Shown here: positions 47,640 to 51,491 of the stretch, in pieces
Position numbering within the stretch: the first letter of the stretch is position 1
Layout: every line of letters begins with the position of its first letter
DNA from: Acutalibacteraceae bacterium
GTDB taxonomy: Bacteria > Bacillota > Clostridia > Oscillospirales > Acutalibacteraceae
Length of the DNA stretch: 51,491 bases
NCBI GenBank assembly: GCA_045649855.1
Contig: JAZRQN010000013.1
Location: 1-51,491 of the forward strand
Direction of reading: 5' to 3'
Notes under the pieces: generated by a model
Seen by the model: the letters and a program-made list of their open reading frames with translations, nothing else
Told to the model about the DNA's origin: nothing
Database searches by the model: none
Translations under genes and position numbers: made by a program

Positions 47640-48836
47640 ATGTGCCGCGTGAAGGTTTTACAGATTAATTGTGTGTATAAAAAAGGCAGCACAGGCAAAA
47701 TAGTGTTAGATCTTCATAACAGTCTGTTGTCAGGTGGTCACGAATCCATTGTATTATACGGTCGAGGCAAGCGTATTCGAGAAGAAAATGTATACAAAGT
47801 CTCCACTGAATTGGAAGGGAGAATACATTCAGTGTTATCGAAAGCGTTTGGTGTGGATTTTGGATTTTCGCCGATTGCGACCGCTAATTCTATTCGAATC
47901 ATAAAAAAAGAAAAACCGGACGTTGTGCACCTGCATTGTTTGAACGGTCATTTCGTGAACGTATATCGTTTGGTGAAATTCTTAAAGAAAAACAAAATTA
48001 AGACCGTTTTAACTTTACACGCAGAAATTATGCACACCGCAGGTTGCGAGCACGCAATGGATTGTGAGAAATGGATGAGCGAATGCTGCGATTGCTGGAA
48101 AATCAAAGGTTTTATATCAAAATATTTTCGTGATGATGCAAGACACTGCTATCGCTTGATGAAAAAAGCGTTTGCCGGTTTCGAAAATTTGACGGTTGTT
48201 GGCGTTTCGCATTGGATCACCGAGCGAGCGAAACAATCTCCGATTTTCAAAGATGCCAAATTTGCAACTGTACATAATGGAATCAATACCGATGTGTTTC
48301 AGCCCAGAGAATATACGGAACTGAAAAGGAAATTAGGTATCGATGATGAACGGAAAATCATTCTGCATGTAACACCCAATTTCAATCACGCTATCAAAGG
48401 TGGCAAATATGTGCTTGAGTTAGCCAAAATGATGCCTGAATATCAATTCATTATAGTTGGTTTTAACGGTGATAAAAATTTGCTTCCACCTAACATTATG
48501 CCGATTGCGCATACGCAAGATCAAATCGAATTGGCGCAGTACTACTCTATGGCGGATTGCTGTGTGATAACCAGCTTGCGGGAAACTTTCTCTATGGTTT
48601 GTGTCGAGGCGAACGCTTGCGGTAGTCCAATGGTTGCTTTTCATGTTGGTGGTATCCCTGAAGCTATATCAAAAGATATGGGAGAGACAGTACAGCCTTT
48701 TGATATTGAGTTGTTGAAAAAAGCAGCGAAAAAATGGTCTGATACGCAAATTACGGATAGCACAACGCAAACTGTCATCGATAAGAATAGTAAAAACGTA
48801 ATGTTTTGCAAACATCTTTGTGTTTATCAAGCTTAA
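47640..48836 (+). CDS. GT4-family glycosyltransferase
   Basis: 398 aa. VLQINCVYKKGSTGKIV N-terminus and SLRETFSMVCVEANACGSPMVAFHVGGIPE (E-x7-E-like). Confidence 0.8.
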   Translation: MCRVKVLQINCVYKKGSTGKIVLDLHNSLLSGGHESIVLYGRGKRIREENVYKVSTELEGRIHSVLSKAFGVDFGFSPIATANSIRIIKKEKPDVVHLHCLNGHFVNVYRLVKFLKKNKIKTVLTLHAEIMHTAGCEHAMDCEKWMSECCDCWKIKGFISKYFRDDARHCYRLMKKAFAGFENLTVVGVSHWITERAKQSPIFKDAKFATVHNGINTDVFQPREYTELKRKLGIDDERKIILHVTPNFNHAIKGGKYVLELAKMMPEYQFIIVGFNGDKNLLPPNIMPIAHTQDQIELAQYYSMADCCVITSLRETFSMVCVEANACGSPMVAFHVGGIPEAISKDMGETVQPFDIELLKKAAKKWSDTQITDSTTQTVIDKNSKNVMFCKHLCVYQA

Positions 48837-48863
48837 TACAAAATAAAAAAGGGGGGAGATGCG

Positions 48864-50039
48864 ATGTCGTCAAAAAAAGATTCTCGAGTTGTCCATTATT
48901 TATCTTTTTATCATGACGAAAACGAAGTTAATGGTCGAAAGAAAGAGATTGCTGCTCAGCAGAAAGTGCGCTATATCGGTAGTTGCATTTTGAAAAGTGG
49001 TGCAAAACTGAAAATTGTTTCAACAGCTGTTTTGGATGCTTCAGCTAGATTGTTTATGCCTCAAAAAAATGTCACTGTATCAGATGAGGAACAACATATT
49101 TATATCTCCGCCGTGCATCCGAAAACAAAACTTTCTGGTTTGTATATGAAGCTGGCCGTTACTTCGTACTTGCTTTTTCACGTCAAAAGAAACGACTGCG
49201 TTATCGCTTATCACAGTCCCTCGTATATTTGGCCTTTACGTATATTTAAATTCTTCAAGAAAAATCGTTTAGTGCTTGAATTTAACGATTTGTATCATCT
49301 GTTGTACACCGATACAAAAAAATCGCACACTATTCAAAATAAAGAACAAAGACTACTCAATCTTCCTGATGGTTTTATCTTGGCCTCTCCGTTCATGCGT
49401 GAATTGATCGGCGATAAAAAGAGTATAGTAAATTATGGTAGTTACTCTGTTTTTGAGGAGGACGGAAACACGAGGGAAATGTGTCAGGAACATCTGATTA
49501 TCTATACGGGGATTATAGAAACATTACGAAAAGGTGCTTTTACCGTGGCGGAAAGTGCCGCATATCTGCCAAAAGGATATACTATTCAGATTGCTGGTTT
49601 CGGCGCTGAAGTGGATATTATTAAATTAAAAAATTTATGCGATACGGTCAATCGAAACATTGGACGAAAAGCGGTTGAATATATTGGCTGTTTAAACCAT
49701 AGCGAACTTTCTAAGTTAATGCAAAAAGCATGTCTTGCCATAAATGCACATACCTACGCAGAAAACGAAATTTGGAAATCAAAGTATTCCTTTCCCTCTA
49801 AAATTCCGCTTAATATGGCGAACGGATTGTTTGTGGTAACCTATCCCTATGAAATTATAACAACTTCTCCCATGAAAGATGCTTGTATTTTTTTTGAGGA
49901 GCTCACAGGAAAGAGTATGGCCAACGCAATCGTCAGGGGAGTGGAAATGACACGGAACTCTTCTGTAAATCCAAAAACGATTATCCGAAAAATGGATGAA
50001 GAGTTTTTGGTTCAAATAGCCAATCTAATCGATAGTTGA
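48864..50039 (+). CDS. Hypothetical protein, possibly a divergent GT-B glycosyltransferase
   Basis: 391 aa, SD GGGGGGAG upstream. Only a weak C-terminal resemblance (SFPSKIPLNMANGLFVV) to GT-B donor-binding loops. Confidence 0.4.
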   Translation: MSSKKDSRVVHYLSFYHDENEVNGRKKEIAAQQKVRYIGSCILKSGAKLKIVSTAVLDASARLFMPQKNVTVSDEEQHIYISAVHPKTKLSGLYMKLAVTSYLLFHVKRNDCVIAYHSPSYIWPLRIFKFFKKNRLVLEFNDLYHLLYTDTKKSHTIQNKEQRLLNLPDGFILASPFMRELIGDKKSIVNYGSYSVFEEDGNTREMCQEHLIIYTGIIETLRKGAFTVAESAAYLPKGYTIQIAGFGAEVDIIKLKNLCDTVNRNIGRKAVEYIGCLNHSELSKLMQKACLAINAHTYAENEIWKSKYSFPSKIPLNMANGLFVVTYPYEIITTSPMKDACIFFEELTGKSMANAIVRGVEMTRNSSVNPKTIIRKMDEEFLVQIANLIDS

Positions 50040-50064
50040 TGGTTTACAAGTAAAGGATACAGTA

Positions 50065-51491
50065 ATGAACAATAATAAAAAAGTTACTCGCAATCTAACA
50101 AGTTCCATAATTGGGCAGATAATAGCCATTACCGTTGGTCTTCTTATTCCGCGGCTTTTTATTGTGGGATACGGTTCTGCGGTGAATGGTCTCATTAGCT
50201 CTATAAACCAAATATTGGTGTATTTAGGATTGTTTGAAGCCGGCGTAGGTGCCACAACCCTTGTAGCATTATATAAGCCGATTGCAACACAGGAAAAAGA
50301 CAGTATCAACTCTATACTGTCTGCAACTAATCAATATTATAAAAGAACAGGTACACTCTATTTTGTGTTTTTGGTTTTATTGAGCGTACTTTTTCCGTTC
50401 TTAGCAAAAGAAAACCTCAATTATAGTTCGGTTTTTTTAATTGTATTTTTTAGTGGAATATGTAATGTGATCAGTTTTTATTTCCAAGGAAAATACAGAC
50501 TGCTTTTGCAAGCAGAAGGTAAAAATTACATAATAACCAACTTAACCAGTGTCACAACCTTGCTAGTTGGTGTTATGAAAATCATCTTGCTTTCGCTCAA
50601 GATTAACGTGGTTCTGATTATTGCATCAACCACAATAATACATTTAATACCTTTTGCTTATATAATGTTTTATATCAGAAAAAGATATTCTTGGATCAAT
50701 CTAAAAGTTCAACCCGACACAAAAGCGTTGGACCAGCGAAATTTTGTTTTACTTCATCAGGTTTCAGATTTAATTTTTTACAATACAGACATATTAATAC
50801 TGACACTTTTCTGCGATTTCAAAGTGGTCAGCGTATATTCGCTCTATAAACTTATATTCGGTCATCTGGAAAGTATCATTTCCGTTGTTTCTCGTTCTTT
50901 TACTTTTTTACTTGGGCAAACCTACCAGACTAATATAGAAAAGTATAAAAAAAATATCGATGTATACGAATCTCTTTATACAGGTTTGTCATCTGCCGTT
51001 CTAACCGTTGCACTATATTTGACACTTCCTTTTTTGAAGTTATATACAGTTGGTGTAGTGGATATCAATTATGTGGATTATTTGTTAGCAGTTCTATTTA
51101 CCGCTGCATCATTTTTTACCGCTGTTCGCAATCCAATGATGATAACGATCAATTTTGCTGGTCATTTTAAAAAAACAACATGGCAGACGTTGCTGGAAGC
51201 GATTATTAATTTGTTAGTTTCCTTGGTCGGTGTGTATTTCTTGGGAATATATGGTGTGCTACTTGGAACAGTTGTTGCATTGATCTATCGCACGAATTTT
51301 GTTGTTTTGTATTCTAACATAAAGTTAATGCACAGATCGCCTTTAAAAACATATTTTATTCATTTTGTAAATTTAATTTTGCTGGTTGCTTTGCAATTTC
51401 TTTTCTCGTTCATATTTACGGAAATTAACACTTATCTAAAATTTTTATTGTATCGTACGGTGATGATTTTCATATCTTTAGTAGTATTCTT
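50065..51491 (+). CDS. Wzx-type oligosaccharide flippase (MOP/polysaccharide biosynthesis protein family), 3'-truncated by the window edge
   Basis: Absent from the supplied ORF track. My translation from ATG 50065 (MNNNKKVTRNLTSSIIGQIIAITVGLLIPRLF...) stays open to position 51491. Many TM helices; very AT-rich. Confidence 0.75.
   Translation, partial: MNNNKKVTRNLTSSIIGQIIAITVGLLIPRLFIVGYGSAVNGLISSINQILVYLGLFEAGVGATTLVALYKPIATQEKDSINSILSATNQYYKRTGTLYFVFLVLLSVLFPFLAKENLNYSSVFLIVFFSGICNVISFYFQGKYRLLLQAEGKNYIITNLTSVTTLLVGVMKIILLSLKINVVLIIASTTIIHLIPFAYIMFYIRKRYSWINLKVQPDTKALDQRNFVLLHQVSDLIFYNTDILILTLFCDFKVVSVYSLYKLIFGHLESIISVVSRSFTFLLGQTYQTNIEKYKKNIDVYESLYTGLSSAVLTVALYLTLPFLKLYTVGVVDINYVDYLLAVLFTAASFFTAVRNPMMITINFAGHFKKTTWQTLLEAIINLLVSLVGVYFLGIYGVLLGTVVALIYRTNFVVLYSNIKLMHRSPLKTYFIHFVNLILLVALQFLFSFIFTEINTYLKFLLYRTVMIFISLVVF

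Overview
51.5-kb chromosomal window from a spore-forming Firmicute, probably a Clostridia-type genome. The evidence is spoIVB, spo0A and cotJABC, an ispH-rpsA fusion and a cmk-plsC-ispH cluster, with roughly 50% GC in the core genes. Most of the window is housekeeping: uvrBA, recD2-comF-mreB, polA, pyrR, ruvX, cmk and plsC, plus lipid and envelope enzymes. Three parts stand out. (1) At 25.5-27.1 kb, the live spoIVB gene ends in a 3' segment that recurs 1,366 bp downstream as a diverged orphan copy whose differences are mostly synonymous. The intervening 1.2-kb AT-rich block holds a RAYT/IS200-like Y1 (HUH) transposase gene. A 26-nt GTAG-plus-hairpin REP-like motif occurs three times there, twice in frame inside that gene. 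The block also holds a promoter-to-terminator structured RNA candidate and a truncated ORF. I read this as the decayed scar of an element that integrated into the catalytic-serine coding region of spoIVB and supplied a replacement gene end. (2) At 31.7-32.1 kb, tRNA-Leu(GAG) is followed by two extra copies of its last ~25 nt including CCA, each joined to its own distinct terminator hairpin. (3) From 37.1 kb to the window end, a consensus sigma-A promoter precedes at least 13 co-directional polysaccharide genes. They include a small priming phosphoglycosyltransferase, an HpcH-type aldolase with a D-2-hydroxyacid dehydrogenase, a TviB/TviC-like hexosaminuronic acid pathway, two different carboxylate-activating enzymes (a PP-loop AsnB-like protein and a TupA-like ATP-grasp), four or five glycosyltransferases, and an EpsG/Wzy polymerase. 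The last gene is a 3'-truncated Wzx flippase missing from the ORF track. Hand-sampled GC values suggest the locus is compositionally mosaic. No CRISPR array, rRNA gene or intact prophage was seen. All calls rest on motif recognition by eye; no database search was possible.
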